Origin: Polyangiaceae bacterium
Lineage (GTDB): Bacteria > Myxococcota_A > Polyangia > Polyangiales > Polyangiaceae
Assembly: GCA_050287085.1 (NCBI GenBank)
Contig: JBNKBE010000007.1
Coordinates: 96,001 to 160,000 of the forward strand
DNA: 64,000 bases
Direction: 5' to 3'
The notes under the pieces were generated by a model. The model was not told where the DNA came from, searched no databases, and worked only from the letters and a program-made list of their open reading frames with translations. The position numbers and the translations under genes were made by a program. Of the stretch, positions 42,719-50,949 are shown one piece after another (position 1 is the stretch's first letter; the number at the start of each line of letters is the position of its first letter).

Positions 42719-44293
42719 CTAGCGCGGGGTTGCTACCCCAAACACTCCTAGGCACATTTCGTCGAGGGTCTCTTCGCCGAGCAGGACGTCACGCGGCTCC
42801 GTCAAGCCCTGATCGTCCAACGCCTCGCGTACGAAGGGGTTGTCGAGGGAGTTGTCATAGGTGCAACGCATATGCAGGGTGTCGCCCCCTTTCAGCACGG
42901 GTAGCGCTTCGAGAGGAGCGTCGTAGAAATACCCCCGTTGCCAGTTGAAATCCCAGCGGGGCGTTTGAATCAGGCACTCCTCAGCCGGCTGATCTTGGGG
43001 CACCTCACGGCTTACCGTCACTACCATGTCGGTACCAACGTAGTGCATGTGTGTGCCCATGGCCCAAACGCGAATGCCGCCGCCTAGACTTTGGGGGATC
43101 TTGAAGTCCATGGCTTCTACATGCGCTCGCGCTCCGGCCGGAATGCGAAACTCTGGCGTTTCGGTAGAGTCGTTGTCTCCGGCTAGCAGCCCCCCATACT
43201 CGTTCGGAGCCGCGAAGTTGCCAATCAAAGCCAAAGCTCCCTCGTATTCGGGGGCTTCGTCTGCAAGCTCGAGCTGCACCTGAGTTCCCTCGTCCACCTG
43301 AGCCCCGACTCCGGTGGGGTGATAGTGTACGTTCACCACTAGGAGAGACCCAGCGGGTAGGGGAATGGCGACTTCAGGTGGCGTGCGCAGGGGCACGCTG
43401 CCCGGGGCCCAGGCGCTGATGAGCGAGGTGCTGGAGAGGCCCGGTCCGCCGAAGCAGTCGTAGTAGCCGTCGTCGCCGGCGCGTGCCGCCGACTCACCCG
43501 TTGAGTCTACGTAGGTGAGCACATGGTGTACGATTGCACTGTTGCCCGGAATGACTTGGCTCGCCTTCAGCCAAGCGTTTTGCGTCAACCCAGGGTCGAT
43601 CGCAAAGCACAGGAAGCGATCACCAGGTCCTTCGACCTCGATCTGTCCCGGTACCGCGTAAACCTTCGCGCTTGGGCCGAGGGCCAGAGACGGAATGGCT
43701 GGGATCTCCCGGGCTGTCTTTGGGTTCCCCTCGGGCGTTCCGAGATCTACCCAAGCTTGGAGAATCTGCTCTTCTTCGAGAGTCAGTCGAGGATCGTCCT
43801 TGAACGGTAGCCTGGGTTTGCATTCGTCGGTGTTCTCGGCGAGAAAGGGCGGCATGGTGCCTTCGAGCACGCTCTCCAAGGCAAGCTCAGAAAGCGCGCT
43901 TGCTTGCTCGTAGGTATCGAGCGCGAAGGGTGCTATTCCGCCTTGGGTGTGGCAACCGCCGCAGCGACTGATGAGCAGTGGCGCCACAGCCCCGTGCCAC
44001 GTAATGTCGCCCTGCGCCGAAGCATCTGGGGAGTTCTCGTCAGGTCTCGAAGGAGTTCCGGCGTCTTTGGCGCCCTCATCGTTTCTCGTCTGATCCGGGG
44101 GCAAGCCTGAATCGATGGAGGCCACCGAGGCGTCGTCTCGACCGGTGCGGTCTGACCCTTTTGACTCGTCACTGCTGCAGCTCGTTCCAAGACCCGTGGC
44201 AAGGACGGAAGCGCACACGCAGGCGCGACCAAGCCTCGGACGTCGGGATCGATGTGACTTGGTCGTGTCCGGTGTGGCGTTCGGTTGGGACAT
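42719..44293 (-). CDS. Lipoprotein copper type II (PHM/DBH-like) monooxygenase with N-terminal c-type heme
   Basis: Lipobox GTSC; CGGCH...GIAPF...MPPF cytochrome domain; Cu-ligand motifs VHH, HYH, HMH and EMC; WDFNWQ. Confidence 0.82.
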   Translation of the reverse strand: MSQPNATPDTTKSHRSRRPRLGRACVCASVLATGLGTSCSSDESKGSDRTGRDDASVASIDSGLPPDQTRNDEGAKDAGTPSRPDENSPDASAQGDITWHGAVAPLLISRCGGCHTQGGIAPFALDTYEQASALSELALESVLEGTMPPFLAENTDECKPRLPFKDDPRLTLEEEQILQAWVDLGTPEGNPKTAREIPAIPSLALGPSAKVYAVPGQIEVEGPGDRFLCFAIDPGLTQNAWLKASQVIPGNSAIVHHVLTYVDSTGESAARAGDDGYYDCFGGPGLSSTSLISAWAPGSVPLRTPPEVAIPLPAGSLLVVNVHYHPTGVGAQVDEGTQVQLELADEAPEYEGALALIGNFAAPNEYGGLLAGDNDSTETPEFRIPAGARAHVEAMDFKIPQSLGGGIRVWAMGTHMHYVGTDMVVTVSREVPQDQPAEECLIQTPRWDFNWQRGYFYDAPLEALPVLKGGDTLHMRCTYDNSLDNPFVREALDDQGLTEPRDVLLGEETLDEMCLGVFGVATPR

Positions 44294-44364
44294 GGCCGGG
44301 GAGTGTAGCACCAACACGCGCTGAGCGCGTGTTTGGGCGAAAGCTGCGGCGCCAGACGGCTGCG

Positions 44365-44991
44365 TTAGAGCTGACGGAGCGCCAGGATGCGCCAGGTGTT
44401 CTGCCCGTGGTTTTGGACATGTACAAATAGTCTCGCACCGACCGCTGCGTCGGCGCCGAGCACAGCAGACACCTGCACGGTGCCCGCCAGGGCTGGGATT
44501 GCGACCGATTGTACTGTTGGTGCTTCGCCGCCGACGGAAAACCCAATACATCCGCGGGTTGGTTCCGGAGCGCTCAGGTCGAAGTGCACGACCTCGAGCT
44601 CGATGATGTCACCGGCCGCAAGCGGCGCGCGAAGCGCCTGGCTCAGCGTGACGTAGTTGCAGCGTGTCGTATCGACCTCGAGCCAGCTCCCCTCGGCGTA
44701 ATACCCCGCGACGGGGCTGCATGTCACGGGCTGACGAGCCCAGGGCCGAAACGGGTCGTCGCTTGCGGCAACGGGCGCCCAGGCGTTTGGATCGTCCAAA
44801 CGTCTGGGCGCGCCGGCGTCGCGTTCGCAGGGCGCGCCGGCGTCGCGTTCGCAGGGCGCACCGGCGTCGCTGGCCATGGGGGCAGCGCGCGTCGATCGGT
44901 TGCAGGCTGTGCTGAGCGCGTATGCCGCGATGGCTCCCCATCGAAGCCATCGGCTACCAGCGGGGCGAAAGTCCCGATACAGTTCCGTCAT
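44365..44991 (-). CDS. Hypothetical lipoprotein with His-rich C-terminus
   Basis: Lipobox STAC, DAGAPCER repeats, VVHFDL and HVQNHGQNTW; same strand and just upstream of the monooxygenase. Confidence 0.65.
   Translation of the reverse strand: MTELYRDFRPAGSRWLRWGAIAAYALSTACNRSTRAAPMASDAGAPCERDAGAPCERDAGAPRRLDDPNAWAPVAASDDPFRPWARQPVTCSPVAGYYAEGSWLEVDTTRCNYVTLSQALRAPLAAGDIIELEVVHFDLSAPEPTRGCIGFSVGGEAPTVQSVAIPALAGTVQVSAVLGADAAVGARLFVHVQNHGQNTWRILALRQL
44806..44870. repeat. 24-bp coding tandem repeat (about 2.7 copies; DAGAPCER)
   Basis: GGGCGCGCCGGCGTCGCGTTCGCA twice plus a partial third copy. Confidence 0.9.
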
Positions 44992-45931
44992 GCGGCTACC
45001 TTTTGTCATTGCCATTGCCTGCTATCTTCTGGGCTGCGGTATCAGCGAGTGTCCTGTTCCAGCCGCGGCTCAGGTGCAGCAGTTACCGTCGCGCCTGTCC
45101 GAGATCGCCTTGTTCGCGGACTTCTCCGCGCGCGTCGTGGCTCGCGAGGTGATGCCCTATCGGCCGCGTTTTTCATTGTATAGCGATGACCTGTCGAAGG
45201 AGCGATGGATTCGCCTGCCGGGTGTGATCGACGCCCGTGACATGGACGATTGGAGTTTTCCGGTTGGCACCCAGTTCTTCAAGCAGTTCAGCTCGAACGG
45301 CGTTGTGCTTGAAACGCGCGTATTGCAACGCATTGGTGAGGCTCCCGAGGACTGGGTCGCGGCGGCTTATGTTTGGAATGGATCGCAGAGCGAAGCGTAT
45401 CGCGCCGAGGAAGGCGCGCGCGACGTGCTGGACAGCGACCACGACGTACCCAGTTCAGGGCAATGCTTTGCTTGTCACGGTGGTTCCAAGAGCCGTGTGC
45501 TTGGCTTCTCGGCGGTTCAACTGGAGCCGAGCGCGACGGCCTGGCTGGCCGCCGAGGGGAGGCTCGACCCGGCGCCGGCACAGCCGGTGGAGGTGCCCGG
45601 GTCAAAGCTCGATCAGCAGGCCCTCGGCTATCTGCATGCCAATTGTGGCACTTGTCATAATGCCCGCCGACCTCCGTCCGGCGCGCTTCGCTGCTACGAT
45701 CCGCGCAAGACGTTGAACCTCAGGCTGGAGCTCAACCGCATGCAGAGCGTCGCAGATACTGGGGCGTATGAAGCGCTTGGGCTCACCGGTACGGTGTTGG
45801 GCAGGCCTGAGACATCCCGCCTTGTGGGCAAGATGCACAGCGTATTGTTGCCGATGCCGCCACTGGCCGCTGACCGCGTCGACCGAGCAGGGGTCTCCCT
45901 GATTTCGGATTGGATTCGGTCTTTGCGATGA
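44990..45931 (+). CDS. Di-heme c-type cytochrome lipoprotein (SO2930-like)
   Basis: Lipobox LLGC, RLSE..LF, LYSD...KERWI.LP, FPVGT, ETR, CFACH, YLHANCGTCH, MPPL. Confidence 0.78.
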   Translation: MRLPFVIAIACYLLGCGISECPVPAAAQVQQLPSRLSEIALFADFSARVVAREVMPYRPRFSLYSDDLSKERWIRLPGVIDARDMDDWSFPVGTQFFKQFSSNGVVLETRVLQRIGEAPEDWVAAAYVWNGSQSEAYRAEEGARDVLDSDHDVPSSGQCFACHGGSKSRVLGFSAVQLEPSATAWLAAEGRLDPAPAQPVEVPGSKLDQQALGYLHANCGTCHNARRPPSGALRCYDPRKTLNLRLELNRMQSVADTGAYEALGLTGTVLGRPETSRLVGKMHSVLLPMPPLAADRVDRAGVSLISDWIRSLR

Positions 45932-45945
45932 GTTTCCGTCTGGTG

Positions 45946-47760
45946 CTATTGCAATTGCAGGCGCGCGCGGAGGCCGTTGTTGCGTTCGCTTAGCCGTTCG
46001 ACCAGCAGCTGCGTTTCCGGGGTGCTGGGAGCCACCTGCCGGAGGTGGTCGAGCAAGCGCTCCCCCACCCCTTTGTCGCCGGTGAGAGCTACTGCGCTGC
46101 CCTGATCGAAGATCTCGCTGCGCAGGTGGCCTAGGGTTGTCCAGTCGGTGCCATGCAGCGGCTGCGCGTATCGGAGTACGCGGCGGATGGAACGCTCCGC
46201 TGAGTCGACGCCCCGGTCGCGGTCCGAGCTACCCAAGGCGTGTGGTGCGAAACGAAGCCAGAGGTTCTGCGGGGTGAGGTGAGCAACCAAACGGCGATCC
46301 CAACTCGGATTCAGTTCGACCATGAGCGGACGAGCATCGGCGAGTTGACTCAGGGCGAACTCCCCTGCCGCGCCTTGTATCGCCACGTCGCGGATCAGGG
46401 GTCCCAGCTGCGGCTCCCGCGAAAGCAGCTGTGCGGCGAGCCCGCCGTGTGCAAGCAGCGGTCTGGGAACGACCAAAACGTCGGGGCGTAAGCCGCCGCT
46501 GGCTTGTTCAGCCCAGAACCTCCACGCCACGGCCGCATCTTGGGCCAGCAGGAGGCTGCCCGCAGGCAACCGTTCAAACGCTTCGTGAGTCCATTGTCGG
46601 GTGGCCGACACCGAGCGCCGATCCAGCTCCTGGCGTGCCCGCTCGGCGCCCAGGAGCAACACCCCGATGTGGAGGACAAAGACCAGCCGGAGTCCGAGAT
46701 TGGCGAAAGGGAGCCTGCGATCTGCAAGCCAGCCCACCGTGAAGTGGGCTCCACTGGCCCCCATTACCGCCGCACCCGCCAGAGCGAGCAGCCTCAAGGA
46801 GGGCTCGTTGAAGGGAATGGCCAGCGCTACCCATACACAAGCCACCGCCGTCGCGGGTCGCTCGGAAGGACGAAAGCCGGTCGCGACGATCCCCAGGAGC
46901 GCCAGCACCAGCGAGTACCAACCGAGTTCCGAAAACAGCGGCAATGGCGTTTCGGGGGGGGCGGCGTTGGGCAGTCCGAGAGCAAAGCCGAGGCTCATGC
47001 CCCCAGTCGGCGCCAGGCGCTCGAGGGTGCTGGGTACCAGGCACACCACGCCAGCGATTCCAGCTGCGAGCACCAGAATGCCAACCTGACGCAAGGTGGG
47101 GAGCTCGTCGCGGCAGGCGGCGCGCGTCACGGCGGCAAGCAACCCGGCCAGGCCCACGGCATGGCTCTCCACGAGGCAGGCGCCTAGCAACGTCCCCTGC
47201 AGCAACCATCCAATGCTGGAGCTGAGCGGGGCCCGCTGGGCGAAGAGAGCGATCGCGATAGCGAGCAGAGGACTGCCGCTAGTCGTGGAGGCAAGCCGCC
47301 AGTCGGTGGAAAGCGATGCCGTGAGGGCGGCGCAGAGCGCGAGCAGTAGGCGCAGGGGGCTTGTGTGACGGCGGGGCCCGCGGGCCCAGGCGAACAATAG
47401 GGTGGTGGTGACGCCGCTCAGCAGTGCGCTTGCCAGCTCCAGGCGGAAGAGCTTTCCGCCGATGGGCAGCAGGGAGAAAAGTCCGCCAAGGGCACCCGAC
47501 AGCACACCCTCAGCGCCGACTTGGACCACTCCCAAGGCGCGCACGGTATGCACGTCACTCTCCCAGCGAGGTGCTCCTTCCAGTCGGAACAGGGCGAGGT
47601 AGAAAGGCAGCCCGAACGCTATCCAGCTGGCGATGGCTCCCAACCATGGGGGCGGGGTGTTTGCGGACGCCCTACGTTCGGCGGGACTCGACTCATGCGG
47701 GGGCGGCACCAATTCAGGAGCTGCCATGTTGGGGCGCCCCGGGCCCACTTTTCGGGTCAC
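45946..47760 (-). CDS. Polytopic membrane protein, DUF2723/TMEM260-like (GT-C fold?)
   Basis: Many TM helices; LPIG...FRL.L.SA; soluble domain LPAGSLLL...W..Q..GGLRPDVLVV resembling DUF2723 proteins. Alternative start 47727. Confidence 0.55.
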   Translation of the reverse strand: MTRKVGPGRPNMAAPELVPPPHESSPAERRASANTPPPWLGAIASWIAFGLPFYLALFRLEGAPRWESDVHTVRALGVVQVGAEGVLSGALGGLFSLLPIGGKLFRLELASALLSGVTTTLLFAWARGPRRHTSPLRLLLALCAALTASLSTDWRLASTTSGSPLLAIAIALFAQRAPLSSSIGWLLQGTLLGACLVESHAVGLAGLLAAVTRAACRDELPTLRQVGILVLAAGIAGVVCLVPSTLERLAPTGGMSLGFALGLPNAAPPETPLPLFSELGWYSLVLALLGIVATGFRPSERPATAVACVWVALAIPFNEPSLRLLALAGAAVMGASGAHFTVGWLADRRLPFANLGLRLVFVLHIGVLLLGAERARQELDRRSVSATRQWTHEAFERLPAGSLLLAQDAAVAWRFWAEQASGGLRPDVLVVPRPLLAHGGLAAQLLSREPQLGPLIRDVAIQGAAGEFALSQLADARPLMVELNPSWDRRLVAHLTPQNLWLRFAPHALGSSDRDRGVDSAERSIRRVLRYAQPLHGTDWTTLGHLRSEIFDQGSAVALTGDKGVGERLLDHLRQVAPSTPETQLLVERLSERNNGLRARLQLQ

Positions 47761-47834
47761 TTCCGAACCCCGGTCCAGGACACTCTATCCGTTGGACTTG
47801 ACTTGGCTATCGGCACCGCAACAGGCTAAAGATC

Positions 47835-49178
47835 GTGCCCACTATTTTAGTCGTCGACGATAGCCCGACCATCCGTGATGTCGTGGCTCTCGTGCTCGAG
47901 GGGCATCGCTACGAGACGCGCGCGGCCGCGGACGGTCGTCAGGCGCTCGCGCTGCTGGAAACAGAGACAGTGGATCTCGTCTTGCTGGACTTCGTGATGC
48001 CCGTCATGAACGGCTACCAGTTTTGTCGGCATCTGCGTGCGGACGCTCGTTTTTCTGGGTTGCCGGTGGTGTTGATGAGCGCCAAGGGCGACAAGATCCG
48101 GGGTCAGTTCGTGCAGCAGACGGGGGCGATTGACGCGATCACGAAGCCCTTCGATCCCCGCGCTTTGCTGGCGGTTGTGGAGGGGGCGCTCAAGCGGGCC
48201 AGCCGCGACTTGACGAGTCCAGCGGGTCCGCGCTCCAGCGGCGAGATCAACATCGGCGAGCTGGATGGTATCGCTGACGTGGCGGAGCGGTCGGAGGCCG
48301 TCCGGACTGCTTTTGTTCGTGCCCTTTCCCGGCGACTAGCCGAGCCGATGCGTTTACCCGGGAGCGAACTCGAAACGCGTCTAGATGCCGTGCTGGATAT
48401 GCCGGCAGCTCATCAACTTGCCGGCATATTGCGTCTGCTCGAGGATGAGGAAGACGGTGACGCTGCCCTTTCCGGCGACCTCAGCTTCATCTCCTTGCCG
48501 GAGGTGATGCAGATGTTGGAACTCCAGCGGCAGAGCGGTGCGCTTCGTATGTGCGCCGGAGATCAGGAGATTGCGCTCTATCTTGCCAATGGTCGTATCG
48601 ATATCGCCAAGTCCAAGAATTTGCCCGCGAGCTTTCGATTGGGGCGCTTTTTGGTCGAGGACAGCGTGGTTAGCCGCGAGTTGCTCGAGCCGCTCGCGTC
48701 GGAGGCGGAGAGCGATCGCCTGCTCGGCGAAGAGTTGATAGAGCGCAGTCGAGCGACGGAGGAGCAGATTCGGGAGGCACTTCGACGACAGACGAGCGAA
48801 CTGGTATATGAAGCGGTTCGCTGGAGGAGCGGGCGCTTCTATTTCGAGAACAACGAGGGCTGTCCGGAAGCGACCCTAGCGGCTCTGCAGCTCGCGCCAG
48901 GTGGACTGCTTATGGAGGGCTTCCGGAGGGTCGATGAGTGGCAGCTCATCGAGGGCTCTTTCAAGTTTGACGACGTGCTTCGCTGTGACGAGGCGGTGAT
49001 GAACCGCTATGGCCAAACGCAAGAGCTGACAGCGCAGGAGGAGCTGGTGTTGGCCAGCATCGACGGGAAACGCACCGTCCGGCAGATCGTCAACGCGGTC
49101 GACGCCAGCACCTTCGACGTTTGCAAGGCGCTCTATCAGTTTCTTCAGGCCCGCTTGGTGCGTCGGCACGCCCTATGA
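47835..49178 (+). CDS. Response regulator: REC plus DUF4388 (PATAN) domain
   Basis: ILVVDDS, LLDFVMP, TKPF; LSGDL...SLPEVMQ...SG.L, RLGRFLV, W.SG.F.F, LLMEGFRRVDEW. Confidence 0.9.
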   Translation: MPTILVVDDSPTIRDVVALVLEGHRYETRAAADGRQALALLETETVDLVLLDFVMPVMNGYQFCRHLRADARFSGLPVVLMSAKGDKIRGQFVQQTGAIDAITKPFDPRALLAVVEGALKRASRDLTSPAGPRSSGEINIGELDGIADVAERSEAVRTAFVRALSRRLAEPMRLPGSELETRLDAVLDMPAAHQLAGILRLLEDEEDGDAALSGDLSFISLPEVMQMLELQRQSGALRMCAGDQEIALYLANGRIDIAKSKNLPASFRLGRFLVEDSVVSRELLEPLASEAESDRLLGEELIERSRATEEQIREALRRQTSELVYEAVRWRSGRFYFENNEGCPEATLAALQLAPGGLLMEGFRRVDEWQLIEGSFKFDDVLRCDEAVMNRYGQTQELTAQEELVLASIDGKRTVRQIVNAVDASTFDVCKALYQFLQARLVRRHAL

Positions 49179-49615
49179 AGGGGTGCAACGCAACGGGCTT
49201 CTCGGTTCGGCAACTGACGCCAGTTGAAGCACTGAGTGCTGAGTCCCTGCTGCGACTGAGCTCGTCCGAGCTGTCGGTTGCTGAAGAATTGGCCAAGCCC
49301 CACGCGGAGGTATGGGGTTGCTTTGGCGTCGACGAGTTGCTGGCCTGTGCCCTGATTTGGTGGGTGGGCGATGAGTTGCAGCTGGTTGATATCTCAACCG
49401 CTCCGGCCCAGCGCCGGCGTGGTGCTGCGCGGCTCTTGCTCGGTGAGCTGGGTCATGAGGCGCGCTCGCGCGGGGCTCTTCGGATCGAGCTCGAGGTGAG
49501 GGCGAGCAACGAAGGCGCTTTGGGTCTGTATCGTGCGTTGGGATTCTCGACGCGGCGGCGGCGTCCGGGGTACTACGGCGACGACGACGGACTCGAGATG
49601 TGGATGGCGTTATGA
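49175..49615 (+). CDS. RimI-like GNAT N-acetyltransferase
   Basis: RRRGAA acetyl-CoA motif, LEVRASN..A..LY..LGF, RRPGYY; 4-bp overlap with the regulator gene. Confidence 0.88.
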   Translation: MKGCNATGFSVRQLTPVEALSAESLLRLSSSELSVAEELAKPHAEVWGCFGVDELLACALIWWVGDELQLVDISTAPAQRRRGAARLLLGELGHEARSRGALRIELEVRASNEGALGLYRALGFSTRRRRPGYYGDDDGLEMWMAL

Positions 49616-50883
49616 CCGGTTCGGGTTGGAGACGTGTATCGGCTTGGTCGGCTCTGGCGCTTCTCCTGTGCGCTTGTGAGCACCGGGAAGTGCAGACCAA
49701 GACTCAGGCAGAGCCGAGCCCCAACGCCACGATCGTACCTCAGCCCCTGCTCACGGGCACTGGGTGGGTGGCCACCAAGCCCAGTGCATTGCCCGTTCCG
49801 AGCGGAACTGCACCGGTCGGAAAGCAGTTGCGGAAGGAGAACACCCCGCAACCTGTCCCCTTCGATCCAACAAATCCTCCCAAAGCACTTCCAAAAGCCA
49901 GCTTGGCAGAGACCCCCTTGATGCTCGACGCGGTCTTCAGCTGGCCTGCGGTTGCGACGCGCGCCACGTTTCACGGCTTGCGTGGTGCCGCGCTGAAGAG
50001 CACTCGGGCCGCAGTCGAGCGGCGTATCCGGATTGATCTCCGCGTGGAAGACCAACTCCTGCTGGAGCTCCGATCCCCGTCTTTTGCTCTCCAGCGCGGC
50101 ACATCCATGGGGGCACGCAGTGACTACTTGGGCTTCATTCTTGGATTCCCGCGGGGCCGTCAGCACCGACTTATTCCTCAGGGGGTCGTCCGCAATCTCT
50201 TCCGCGAAGGGCGGGCTGATGCCAGTCCGCTGCTGAGCGCTGTCGAGGAGGTGCTTGGTCCAGCGCAACATGGTGATGTACCCGTGGCTCGCTCCCGACT
50301 TCGTACCGGGCATGGCACCGTTACGTTGTCACAGGCGACCTACCCGAAGCTTGGGGCGGGGGGAGTGTTATTGTGCCGTTTTCTCATCGAGCTCGTGGGG
50401 GTCGCGCCGAACTCCACGGCGTGCCGGGTCGACATGGTTCCGTTGGCGGCTGAGTTTGAAACCGAGCGTGGCGGTCGCTTGGTCTTCGATGTGACGCGGG
50501 TGCAGCGCGGACCCGATGAACAAAGCGAGCTACCGGTGCTGCCGCCTCCTCAGGTTGATTGGGAAGAGGGGCGCATACCGCTGGCTTCGGGTCTTGTATT
50601 GCCACCTGAGTCGGGTCGATCGTTGCGTCCGGGCGCTCCGGCCGCGACCGCGTCGCTGCGCATTCGCAATCACGAATCGGTAGCGGGGCATGTGCTGCTC
50701 AACCAGGCGTTGGTGGCGGTCGTGCGCTCCGACACGGAGCTCGAGCTATCCGGGCTCGACCAAGGCGCCTATACGGTGGAGGTCGTGGACTTCTTTGGCC
50801 ACACGCTTCTGTCTAGGCGGGCGGCTGAAGTGCCGGGAACGCTCGACGTTGGGGAGCCAAGTCTAGACGTGGGAGCCCCCTGA
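49612..50883 (+). CDS. Hypothetical lipoprotein
   Basis: Lipobox LCAC, Pro-rich linker; ATGA-coupled to the GNAT gene. Confidence 0.65.
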   Translation: MTGSGWRRVSAWSALALLLCACEHREVQTKTQAEPSPNATIVPQPLLTGTGWVATKPSALPVPSGTAPVGKQLRKENTPQPVPFDPTNPPKALPKASLAETPLMLDAVFSWPAVATRATFHGLRGAALKSTRAAVERRIRIDLRVEDQLLLELRSPSFALQRGTSMGARSDYLGFILGFPRGRQHRLIPQGVVRNLFREGRADASPLLSAVEEVLGPAQHGDVPVARSRLRTGHGTVTLSQATYPKLGAGGVLLCRFLIELVGVAPNSTACRVDMVPLAAEFETERGGRLVFDVTRVQRGPDEQSELPVLPPPQVDWEEGRIPLASGLVLPPESGRSLRPGAPAATASLRIRNHESVAGHVLLNQALVAVVRSDTELELSGLDQGAYTVEVVDFFGHTLLSRRAAEVPGTLDVGEPSLDVGAP

Positions 50884-50949
50884 ACTTGGCTCAATATGGC
50901 ACATTGTGACCCACTTTGACACTGGGCCATTGCAAACCAGAGGACACCG

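Noticed and set aside
19606..44870. 15-bp (19606-19650, 32528-32555) and 24-bp (44806-44870) repeats as possible CRISPR arrays
   Set aside because: They are head-to-tail with no spacers, have unit lengths divisible by three, lie in protein linkers, and no cas genes are present.
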